Below, piece by piece: positions 40,251-51,405 of a stretch of DNA of 64,000 nt. The position numbers were made by a program, and so were the translations under genes. The notes under the pieces are model-generated. The model worked only from the letters and a program-made list of their open reading frames with translations, was not told the origin of the DNA and did no database searches. This DNA is from Camelus dromedarius (Eukaryota), in contig NC_087436.1 in the NCBI RefSeq assembly GCF_036321535.1, positions 70,434,001-70,498,000 on the forward strand. The letters run 5' to 3'. Every line of letters begins with the position of its first letter. Position 1 is the first letter of the stretch.

Positions 40251-41082
40251 CAGATGGTTGCTTTGTGAGATGGAAATACTCCTAAAATAGAAAGGAGGGA
40301 AATGTGAATTCAGTGCTTCTCCACGTAGATTATAACAAATATGGGAAGCACAAGAATACGTTATAGAGACAATATGGAAAGCAGACCTACGGGATTCAAT
40401 GCCTGAGCATATAATTGGATGAACAGAATACAGAGTGAACATTTGGTTCTCTGGCAGAGCTCATGTACGGTATGACATAGAGCAGCTGTCCCCAGAGAAA
40501 GTTCTTTGTTTCTAGATCCGTAGGACACAAGCAGCATTTGAGCAATTCGGGATTTCTTTCTGCTTTCACTATAAATAGAGTTCATGGAATTCTGTATGTC
40601 AAAGTTAGTGCAATGAAAAGGAGTCACAGAATATGGAAATAAACCTTAACTCATTCTATAAAGTAGAAACACGTTTGGCATCGGGAGGCTGTGAAAACGC
40701 TGTCATTACTTGGATGGATTCTGAGGTCTTATTTAGCATATGAAATTGCAGAGGCGATCCTATTATGTAAGGAGACAGGAGGACAGCATAATGTGGCTAC
40801 AAAATGAGGAACTTTGTGCCCCTTGGGGAAGAGTTAACAGGACAGCTATACACAGAGAGAGACATGGGATAAGAATGTGGAAAATGAATGAATGAGTGGC
40901 ATATATATGTGACCGTTGCCGACGCCGGGTTGCTGGATAATCCTCAGATGTCAGATTTCCGTAAGGCCAACATGTGACTCAAAGCTTGCCACTCAACAGA
41001 GAATACTGGGCTGTGCTGGTATTAAGAGGCTGGCTGGAAGCTAGGCTCCCACTGTGCACTAGCCTAACTCCCCGCCGCTCTC

Positions 41083-41102
41083 TGTGTGTGGGTGGGTGTG
41101 CG

Positions 41103-41144
<42 letters not shown>
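41083..41144. repeat. (TG)n microsatellite ~460 bp upstream of the ATG exon
   Basis: Directly visible. Confidence 0.95.
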
Positions 41145-41147
<3 letters not shown>

Positions 41148-41600
41148 GTATACATTTTTATGCAGTGGGTGTTTAAAGAGCTGAGCACCGAAGCTGGATT
41201 TCCACAAACGATCATCACGAGTACTCCAGGCACACCAAACTTCCTCTCTTGGTATTTTTTTCTCCTTTCATCTTTTTTTTTTTTTTTTTTTTGGGTGCAA
41301 ATCCCAAAGGAGAGAACCCCCGGCATCCAGCCTGGAGGACTGAGATGATTTTCTCTCACCTGTCCCCGTGGGTGCCCTCTCAAGGTTAGGACCGAAGCTA
41401 TGTGGGACCGGCATATTCTCCAGCACCAGCTGAGAGGAGCTGAAGGAGCGAAGGAGCAGCAGACACCCAAGGCGGAGGGACTCTGCCCCGTTGACATGAA
41501 CAGCGGCTTACAGGTTCACCTGCCCAGAAGCTGGGCAGCATCTGGTGGCTCACTCCAGGAGAAGTCTGAGCATTCTTTTTTTCTTTTTTATTACTATAGG

Positions 41601-41673
41601 ATGGAGGATGAAGCTGTCCTGGACAGAGGTGCTTCCTTCCTTAAGCATGTGTGTGATGAAGAAGAAGTAGAAG
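41601..41673 (+). CDS. SLC4A4: SLC4A4 first coding exon of NBCe1-B/C (exon 41600-41673; residues 1-24 + 1 nt)
   Basis: Translates [24 protein letters not shown](G), the NBCe1-B N-terminus. Acceptor ttctttttctttttt..actatag|G ATG ends at 41599; donor AAG|gtgagc at 41674; phase 1. Confidence 0.97.
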
Positions 41674-44600
41674 GTGAGCCTGACGGGTCTGGGGAAGTGT
41701 ATACGTACATACCTATGTCTTTGTAATAGCGCGCATGCATGGCACGTAGCTTGTATTTTTGAAGTTAGAAACCCACGGTTTTCTGTGGAGCTTCCTTAAT
41801 CTCCACATTTTGCTTCAACACAGAAAGTAATTCTTGAGAAGTATACTGGCCCATCAGTGTCTGAATCAGGGTGGTCCTGCCTGGCTAATAACAACATCCA
41901 AAAAACAGGGGTCTTACTTTAAAGCAGGTGCCTATGTCAGTTGTGCCTCTCCATCAAAACTAAATAATTTTGCCTGATAATATTAACCACCTTCCAATGA
42001 CTAATTCAAGGAAGCTGCTAGATTTATATAAATGTATTTGGCAGTATCTTCTAAAATTTTTCCTTATTGCCTGCGGGGTAGAGAAACAGATGTTACGGAG
42101 GGAGAATGATACCATTGCTGCAGGAAACATGGGTCTAAGCTGAGGATATAAAGAGTGGTAATTATGGCTGCGTCTCAGTTAGGAAAAGATGGGCAAGCAT
42201 TTCTTCCTTAAAAAACCTCCAGGACCTCTTTTGCTCATGTTCCCCAGTGCCAGCTACAAACCAGGTAAGAGTTAAATTTCAGCTGGTGCTGGGTGCTTTC
42301 AGCGTGCCTTTCCTTCTCTCTTCTCTTGACTTAGCAGTGATTAATTGATAGTGAGAAGGTAGGGCTTAATTAATATTTATTAAAGTAAGTATGTGAAGGC
42401 ATCACAGATACACCAGGTGTCACTAATTTTCATAATGACAGTTTGAAAAGTAATCAAGGTTCTAGACAGTACTTAAGAGTTCAGTGAACCTTGCTGGGGA
42501 ACCATGTCATAAATTCTGCCCTGTAAAATCACCCAAGGAAGAGTTCGTATGTGTTTTGGACACTCTAGTCAGATTGGTACCATCCAGTAACTATTTAATG
42601 TCTACTAGAGACTGGGACTGGGGAGTGGGTGGGCTCAGGTAAAAGAGGCTGGGTCCTGTGTGTTCTAGGGTGCCGCTTCAGCCAGGTCCCAGGCAAGGGG
42701 TGCTCCTCTGGCACCTGGAATAGTTGGGATAGTGTGGCTGAAAGGTTTCCTTAGTAAGTTTCTTCAGACCGTGTCGTGTTGGAGGGCTGGTCTCTCCCTG
42801 CACCTCCCTCCTCCCTCTTTCCTGTGTGTGTGCTCTTGAGACTGACTAATAAGAATTTGATGCCTGCATTTCTTAGGAAAAAGGAAACCGCAATATTTTC
42901 TTTCATATTGTTTTATGGGTTCCTTGCACTTTTACAACATGACTGTGGGGAAATGCCAAGTTAGTGAAAGCAAAATAATAAAACTTTTGTCTTAAGAGTC
43001 TTGTAACCCATGATGTTAAACCTCCATTGTGGTGACTCTGTCACTGTCCCAGTGTCAAAAAGGAGATAAGAATCTTAAAGTTATAGCATATGAAGATAAG
43101 AATTAATGTAGGATTGAGCAAATACCGTATAATTTCAGGACAGTTAAGGTAGAAAAATCAGTGAGAAAGCTTGGGGATGAGATGTACTCTGTGTGTGAGT
43201 TTGTATGTGTGTGTGTGTTCCTTGTGAATAGCCTTCTAGCTAACTTCACAGGAGATATAAATCGTTCTTGAGTTTGTAAGGTCTGTAGGATTGACAGCAG
43301 TCTATTAAAATAGAATATTATACATGGATTTCTTAAGGCTTTGACTAAGAGGTGTATTTCCTGAAGTTTTCCCCTTGATTTTCAAGTACAAAATTAAGAC
43401 AACAGGGTAATGAACAGCACAGAACCCTGGAGTCAGGTTTCTTTATGGAGAAACAAAAGACAAAAAGTGGCGGAAACATCTGTAAAATTGTTTGGCTTTG
43501 TGAGGATTCAGCTTGCCGCGTGGATTTTGTGTGTTTTCTCTTCTGGTTAAGACTGTGTTTGAACGATTATGTTTCATGTCGATTGGAGCTTGGATTAATC
43601 ACATGTCTTACAAGACATGGCTGCTGGTGGAGGATGGTTGCTCGTGGTCTCATTGTTTTGTGGAGGTGATCCAACAGTATGGCCTCCTTGTAGTGCAAGT
43701 CATGAAACTGTAGTCAGGGCCCTCCCCTCCGACTCTCCCATATCCTCACCTCGCTTCCCCCGGTAGGGGTGGGAGCACTTACATTTTACAGTTACTCCAG
43801 GTGAAAGTGTAAGGAAGTTGAAATAGAGATGGGTGTGACGGCTTTATCTATCCATGGTCCCAGTGGTTGAGAATGAAGAAACAGATGACTTGACTGTCAA
43901 GAACTCTAAGCAGGATTTCGAGTGGGAATGTTTTCCTCAAGGACATGAGTCTGTCTCATGTTTTCAATTGCATAGAAAAGAGTGTCTTTGAGGGAGAGCA
44001 GGCTGTTATTTCTGTTCCAAAATAGCTGAGTTTCTGGTACATTTGTGGCAGGCGTTGGTGCTCCGATTTTAAGGATCAAATTCAAAGGGCAAGGAGCTGG
44101 AACACCTAACATTTCTTTTATCAGACATATTTCCTTTTATCCAAGTAGTTATTTCTGTTGCTTCTTGGATAAACATGGTCAAAGTATATTGCAGCACCCT
44201 TGGCAAAAGTAAACTTAAGATAAAACTTTGTTTTTTAAAATAATTTGCACAAACAAGATGCACTCCCATTAAATGATTATTAGGGTGACCTCCAATGACT
44301 CTAGTTACTCTGAAATGTTTATACTTTAAAAGTTCTTCTTAAGGTCACTCAATACGGGGTGATTGGATCGGCTCAGCCTGGAGGCCAGGGCCAGATGCTC
44401 CCTCACAGCTCTTCCTGAGGCTGTGGTTCTGAGGAGAGGAGAGAGGCTGAGATTGCCAACCCCACCTTCAGTTCACCTGGTTCAGCTTTACTCGCAGTGG
44501 GTGGCATGACATTGAATCCACATTCTAAAGACTCAGTAGAAAACCATCAGCTGCAAAACTCACTAAGAGGAGAGTGAGTCAGAAGAGGAGTCACCTTCTG

Positions 44601-44702
44601 TTTAAATAATGAATTTATCCATGTGGGGTATATTTAAAGACCTAAAGCTTGTTTTCACATAATTTGTCTTGTGCACTTGTGTTACTGGCTTAAAGAAATA
44701 CT

Positions 44703-45005
44703 TTTTTTCTTTTTGTCTCCCCAGTTTTTAATTGAAGTATAGTTGATTTACAATGTATTAGTTTCTGGTGAACAGCATAGTGTTTCAATTATATACATAC
44801 ATACATTCATATATATATATATATTCTTTTTCATTATGGGTTGCTGCAAGCCACTGAATATAGTTCGCTGTGCTGTATAGCAGGACCTTGTTGTTTATCT
44901 GTTCTGTACATAGTAGTTTGTATCTACTAATACCAGCCTCTCAATTTATCCATCCCTTCCAACTTTGTCCCCCAGTAACCATGTTTGTTTTCTATGTCTG
45001 TGAAT
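44703..45005 (-). mobile_element. 5'-truncated L1 3' end with degenerate TSD
   Basis: attgaagtatagttgatttacaatg..ctatgtctgtgaat; TSD cttaaagaaatact (44689-44702) vs cttaaggagatact (45006-45019). Confidence 0.88.
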
Positions 45006-45105
45006 CTTAAGGAGATACTCTTGAGAAAGAAAACCAAGTGTCAGTTTTGACCTTTAAAATAGAGACTTTTAACATCTCTTCTTTCTTTGGCTACTTTATA
45101 CTGTG

Positions 45106-45238
45106 TGTTTTTTTTTGGGGGGGGGTGCGTAATTTGGTTTATTTGTTTGTTTATTTTTAGAGGAGATACCTTGGATTGAACCCAGGACCTTGTGCATGCT
45201 AAGTATGGGCTCTACCACTTGAACTATACCCTCCCCCC
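45106..45238 (-). mobile_element. Vic-1-like SINE
   Basis: ggattgaacccaggaccttgtgcatgctaag..ctctaccacttgaactataccctcccccc; TSD atactgtg (45098-45105, 45239-45246). Confidence 0.9.
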
Positions 45239-46064
45239 ATACTGTGCTTTTTAAAGCTAACATTTTTAGTATGGAATGGTGACTGTGGGTAAACATTTAA
45301 AATTTTTCACGTCATTTCAGATATCACATTTGTTTCTGTACCAAAAGGCTCCAGGCCCAGCCCAGGCATTTTCACAGAATTGGTCTGTAGATGACAAATG
45401 AATGTTACCAGAGTGATCCTGAAATGCTGACTGTGAGGAACTAAGTTTTCACTTCAGACACACTTAGAGGAAACAGGCAAATTTTGTTGGGTGAGCCGAG
45501 GTTGAGATGGCAAGAAAGAATCCTAGGTAGCTCTTTCCAAACAGAAGGAAATCTTATGGATATTTTATCCTTTAAAAAGTCAGCTAAGATTTGGGGTCTG
45601 TATGACGTAAACAGATTACTTAATATTCTCATATTTTGCAATAGGGGAAAAAGAGCAAACTCCACCTTATCCTTTGAGATAAGGCCTTGGCTCTGCAAGA
45701 CTAGGTAACTCCCCAGCCAGCCTTGGCAACTCTGACTTTGTGAGGAGGGGCCTTTTCTTAACATCAAACCTAACCAGCAACTCAGGAAGCACAAAGTACA
45801 GCAAGACAATATTGGCTGAAATGGGTCTCCATTTCTGAAGTTTGATCAGTGTTCTTACTAAAAGCCATTATGATATTTCATGGGGTTTTCCTCTTTCGTT
45901 CAAAACCAAGTCCAAAAGGAAGTGTGCTCCCATCTGTCCAGATGGAAGAATAAGTCTACAGATTTCCATGTCTACGGATGGACACTGAGAGAGAGAGAGG
46001 ATTGTTGAAAATGCATGGAATTTATGGGAAGATTATTTTTAGGGAAATAAAGGTGAAAAAGTAA

Positions 46065-46145
46065 AGACAGGGTCTGGAACAAAGTAGACATTCACTAAAT
46101 ATTTGTTAAAGGAAAGAGTGAATAAATGAATGTATAAATAAACTA
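46065..46145 (+). mobile_element. L2 tail fragment
   Basis: acagggtctggaacaaagtagacattcactaaatatttgtt..gaataaatgaatg. Confidence 0.6.
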
Positions 46146-46569
46146 AAGCGTACATAAAATTACTTTATATAATCCTCTAAAATCTTTGTTTAAGTTTTTA
46201 GTTAGCAATTTGGTTCCCTTAGAACTCAGTCGAATGAGGTGATAGTCTCTAGTGATCCTCTTCTTGCTGTTATTCCTGCTTCATTTTACAAAGATCATTG
46301 ATGTCTTTATATCGTTTGTATTGATAAGAAGAAGCCCCTAAAACATCTCCACCTTATTCTTTTTCCTTCTTCTGCTCTGTATTTTGAAAAGAGAGATGAA
46401 ATGGTGAAATGGTGGCTTTTGTCTGTCTGGAGGTCAGGATCTGAGCATTTTACAGACTTGAAGTCATCAAGACTCAAACCTGTTTTTCACTAGAGGATAT
46501 TATGATGATGTATTTATGTGTGTGGGAGGAGGTGGTATTCTAAGGAAAAAAATGGGGCCTGCTGGACAT

Positions 46570-47000
46570 TTGTTAACGATGACAATGGTCAAAACGTAAC
46601 TGCCGAGAAGGAGTGAATGAAAGCCTATCGGGTGGGGAGGCAGGGGCCGAGTCCGGGCCGCGCTATTCTGAGCGCTGGACACAAGTGTCCGGTTGCGTTT
46701 TGCTGACCTCCTCTCTCCTGTTCACTCTAATTGCTCAGAAACACTGTGTACAGAGGAAATACTTGGGCAAATATTGCCGAGGGAAAAGCCTTCTTAAAAG
46801 AAACAATGATTCCACACACTGGAGCGCTTGAAGGAAACGCGGTGAGGTGTTTACGGGCTGGTGCTTGAAGGGCAGCTTGGGTTTCCCAGAGCGGCGGAGC
46901 CCACGCCGACCTCTCGCTGTGTCCGGCCTCTTCCTCCTCGGGGCCTCCGCTGAAATCCCTCCAGAGGCCCTGCAGCAGGCAGCACCTGGCTGCCTGGCGC
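46570..47000. promoter_or_regulatory. Small intronic CpG-rich element (candidate enhancer/alternative promoter)
   Basis: About 25 CpG in ~430 bp by manual count, in an AT-rich CpG-poor background; no repeat recognised; function inferred only. Confidence 0.4.
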
Positions 47001-48973
47001 CTCATGCTGTGTCAGTGAAGTTAAATATTTGTGCATGGATTTCTTGAGCTCCGTGATAATTCTGTGGGCTTTTGAAACTAGAATCAGACATCCTGCCCCC
47101 AAGTTTTCCAACTGTAGAGAATTTCCTGATGGAAGAGTCTGGGCCAACGCCCTCTGAAGCCACTTTCTGTCCTGGGTGTCTACATTCTTTTATGGCAGTA
47201 AACTTCACAGATTGAACTTGGTACTTGTTGTGTTTGACAAGGATCCAGAAATTCTAAACTAATACACTTGGAGCAGTTTTGTCTATGGTTGAGTTTCTTT
47301 TTTCAAGGCTTCGTGTCTGCTCGTATTTTTGAGACATATTGTTTCCTATTTATTTGGGGGAGTCTCTATCCCTTGTTTTGTTCATGTGTTGTTAAAGCTG
47401 AGCGGCTGGGCATCAGTTTGGGAAGAAAAGTTTAAAACGCGCTGTATTGCTGCAGCATGGCATAAGTGAAGGATGAAATTCACTGTTTGGATTTTGGATT
47501 TCTTGTTCTGTAAAATGAGAATAATAGATCATGCCATTCACCATTGAACCGTTTGGATAATTACACGTTACCTGTTACAATGTCACAGCGCTTCATGTCC
47601 AGTGTTCCAGTGTACAGCATTGCATGTTACAGTAAGAAAGTGTTGCTGCTGTATGTGACATTAGGAATAGGAATGCTCTGTACCATACCACTTTCTGTTC
47701 TTTTGCTTTCTGATTGATAAAGCCGCACCAATAATTTTCAATGATGATTATCACTCTAAAAATTGCAACTGACCTAAATGTTTGCTATTTGCTTAATTCA
47801 TTTCTACCAACGTCTATCCCTTGCCTTCCTAACCACACTTACCTACTGCTTTTTGTATTGGAAAAGGCAAAGCCAGAAAGGTTTTCCAAGGCCAGCTGTC
47901 TATTTCTCTTTGGACTTATTCTGATTCCCTTTAAGGTCCGGATGTTAGGTCTGATTTTCACAGTTAAATGGCTCTGATACATATTTCCCCTACCTGTGAA
48001 ATTGCCTCCTTTTACAAGAAGAGGCATACTAAGTATAATTGCATACAGGGTAAATTACAAATGCGTGCTTATGGTCTAATAAAGCCTGCAAAGTTGCTTA
48101 TTCTGGAAAACAGATTTAACTATATGATACATTTCCACCAATGAGGAGAATTCAAGGCTCTATTATATAAATATCTGTATCTATCTATCTATATAGTATA
48201 TAAATATATTATATATATACATTTTTTTCTTCCCCCTCTGCAGCATAGACTAGAATATGTTCCCCAGTGGCTGTTATATAATTTGGGTGCCAATTTAATG
48301 AGATTATGCAATAGTATAGAAATAATACTAAGTATTTCAACCTGAGCTAAGTATTTCTCCATTTTTAACATTACAAGACTCAGAATCATTGGGGAAATAA
48401 AGCTCAGTTGAGGCTCTCTTGGTGCTGTGGTGAGCATGCTTGTGGGATTTTTTTTGTTTTATTTTACTTTTCTGACTGATCGCGTTTAGGGGACTGAGGT
48501 GAGAGCCTTCCATGATGGGAGTTCACAGGAGGTTCCAAATATTGTGCCCCTGAAGCTGCTGATTGCCAGGTGGGATGAAGGTGAAGGTGGAGGGGTGGTG
48601 AGTGACATCCATTGAATCAGCAGTAGAGGAGACTTAAATAACTCCCTTCTCTGAATAGCTGCAAAAGCTTTTAAATCTGATTAATTGTTTCTACCTTTCC
48701 ACGGAGTTAGAATTAGAAAGCAGCCACCCTGAATGCTATACTCAACGTGTTCACCTTTCCTTATACCCCGCTGGCTTTGAAAGGAGAACAGATGCTGCAT
48801 AAACCTCTTAGGATATGATTTATCTGACTCCTCATGGTGGGAACTTTTGGAAATCAAAATGGGTGTTTGAATTTTAGTAATATTGGGCAACATATCAACT
48901 TTAGAGGGCTAGAATCACACATTCATAGATAGGCTAAATCATCACTTCATCTTCCAGTTGATTATTAAATTTT

Positions 48974-49116
48974 ATTTAAAAAAATGTTGTTTGATTTATT
49001 TTTTTTGTAGGGGGAGGTAGTTTGTTTATTTACTTTTAGAGGAGGTACTGGGGATTGAACCCAGGACCTCACACGTACTGAGCATGTGCCCTACCACTTG
49101 AGCTATACCCTCCCCC
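48974..49116 (-). mobile_element. Vic-1-like SINE with perfect 15-bp TSD
   Basis: ggtactggggattgaacccaggacc..ctaccacttgagctataccctccccc; TSD tgattattaaatttt (48959-48973, 49117-49131). Confidence 0.92.
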
Positions 49117-49279
49117 TGATTATTAAATTTTCAACAAACAATTCTACCCCTGCTGAAAAATAAAGACAGTGTCTTGGATGTAGAATGAAAACTCATAATC
49201 AAAAAACCATGGATACATGTATTTGGCAAACTCAGTCAGTATCTGCTGGTTGAGGTACTTTTCTTCAGTCCATGCTGTG

Positions 49280-49640
49280 TGTTGAGAATGTCGTAGAGAA
49301 CCAGGCATCTCAGGACCTATTTCTGTTCTTGGCTCTGCCCTGCCTTTCTGGGTGACATGAGGCCAATTATGCTTGTGTGGTTACATTTCCTTCAGGCAAA
49401 GGGCAGTTAATAACCTATCTTCTTATCTACCTACTAGAGATGCTCTAAGGAGTCTTGGAAAACACCAGAAAAATACTTTGGTACTAGCAGTAAGCCAATG
49501 GCGAATTACTTAATTTCTGAGTCTCAGATTTTCATGGAAAGAAGCAGCATTGGTGCTTCCTTCTCTCCTAGTTTTGCCAGGGATGTAAGTCAACTGATTT
49601 GAAATCCCCAGGATGAACCCTATCAATGTAAGATATTATC
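49280..49640 (+). mobile_element. Two degenerate MIR fragments
   Basis: caggacctatttctgttcttggctctgcc..gggtgacatgaggc; attacttaatttctgagtctcagatttt. Confidence 0.45.
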
Positions 49641-49999
49641 TTCCCTGGATATATTCCTTGCATGTGATTTATCTTTACGCTCAACACCTTCTCAGCAGTG
49701 CTTGCTGCGACTGCAGAACGCTTTCAGACTGCTGGTACTGATACCTGGTGATCAACAAATTAGTTGATTAATATTGATGGTGACTCTCCTTATTAACTTT
49801 AACTGATGGACAGTGCCTTTATTATTATTTTTTTTTTCTTTAAGCTTATCAAAATGGTAGGAACAGTTGCAGCGGTAAGCTCTGATATGTTGCTTTTCCA
49901 GGCTCACATGTACCATTGCAAGTGATAACATATTCCAATTAGGACCACAATTCATGTGCAGTCAAATAAACGAGTCATTATTTAAGGACACAGGTTGGT

Positions 50000-51120
50000 A
50001 GATATGACAATTTGGAGAGTGTATCATGTACATGGGTGAATTTACGTGGGAGACTAAGGAATGCATCTCTCACAGAGTGACAGTGAGCTGAGACCTAGAG
50101 GGTGAGGAGGATTAGCTAGGTCAGGAATGAGGGAAGACTCCCAGCGCTGAGAAAGAGGCAGGCCTGTCTGAGAAGCAGAAATAAGGCCTATGTTGCTGGA
50201 CCACGTGAACCGGGAGAGGGTGGCCCCAAGTAGATGGAACCCAGATAATTTGTGGCCTTTTTTGCTATGCTAAAAATTTTGAATTTTTTTGAATGTGCGC
50301 TGGGGAGCCATTGCAGAGCATTATAAGCAGGGAAGTGGCAAGACAAAAATTTGCATTTTAAAGAAGATCTCTCTGGCTGGTGGATGGAGAGAGTTTCCCA
50401 AGAGGGCGAAGGTAAAGGTGGGGAGACTGTTGCTAAGATTCAACTGAGAGATGATGTTAGATTGGAGCAGAGTGGAGACAAAAGAGATGGGTTGAATTGC
50501 CAGGACTTGCTGATGGACAGATGGGTGGATGGACATGATTGCTTCTGGATTCCTGCTATGAGTGATTTGGGAGATTTGCGTGTCATTCGTCAGATGGGGA
50601 GTACTGTAGGAAGAGTAGTGGAGGATGATAGGAGTTCAGCTTTTTGAGTTTGAGGCCCCTGTGAGATATCCAGGTAGAACTCTAAAGCAGGCACTTGGCT
50701 ACACAAACTGGAGCTAACAAGGATGGGGTGGAGATGTAAGTTTGGGAGTCCCAGGGAGATAGCTAGCATTTTAAGCCATAAGAGTGGATGACATTACCAA
50801 GGGGAGAGGACAGAGTGAGATGAGGATTGAACTGGGCTCTGCTATGCCAACGTTTGAAAGTAGAGAAGGAGCAATCACAGAAGTCAGAGGAAAACCAGGA
50901 AGAGGGCAGTGTCTCTGAGACCAAGAGAAGAGCATTTTCAATAAGGAGCCAGTGACTGGCTGTGCAGAGTGCTACCTGGAGTCAGGTAGTTGGAGGTTAA
51001 GCAGTAGTTAGTGGATTTGGCAGGAAAAGGTGATTGGTGGCTTTTGTTAGCGATCTGGATGGCATGGTTAGGAAAGAGTCAAATTGGAGTTGATTGTAGA
51101 GTTTCCAAGGAGAAAACTGT
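50000..51120 (-). mobile_element. Long L2 fragment
   Basis: tgagctgagacct..; tggggagccattgcagag..taagcaggga; tttgagtttgaggcccctgtgagatatccaggt; ggaaaaccagga..ccaagagaagagc. Confidence 0.85.
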
Positions 51121-51209
51121 CATCATAAGTTGAGAAGGCACTTGGAGAAGTAGTAGAAAACGTTTGGCCTTTCTCTGTGTGTGCTCCATTACATGTAACC
51201 AGTTAAAAT

Positions 51210-51405
51210 ATTTAGAATTATTATAGACTTTTTGGAGCTAGAAAGGATCTCAGAGAAAATGTAGCTCAACATTCTCACCTTACAGACAGAGAGATGAGCC
51301 CTGGAGAGGTTAAAGTGATTTGCTCTCAGTAACACTGAGAGTAATTGGATAACTAGGATGAGGAGCCAGGCTTCTTGACTTCCCCAGGGCAGGACTCATT
51401 CCAGA
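51210..51405 (-). mobile_element. MIR3/MIRc-like SINE
   Basis: gagctagaaaggatctcagaga..ttacagacagaga..gagaggttaaagtgatttgctc..gccaggcttcttgact. Confidence 0.7.

Noticed and set aside
45165..45238. tRNA-like sequences here and at ~32.2, 33.4, 49.1 and 55.4 kb as tRNA genes
   Set aside because: They carry SINE tails and TSDs and are mutually diverged, so they are tRNA-derived SINE heads.
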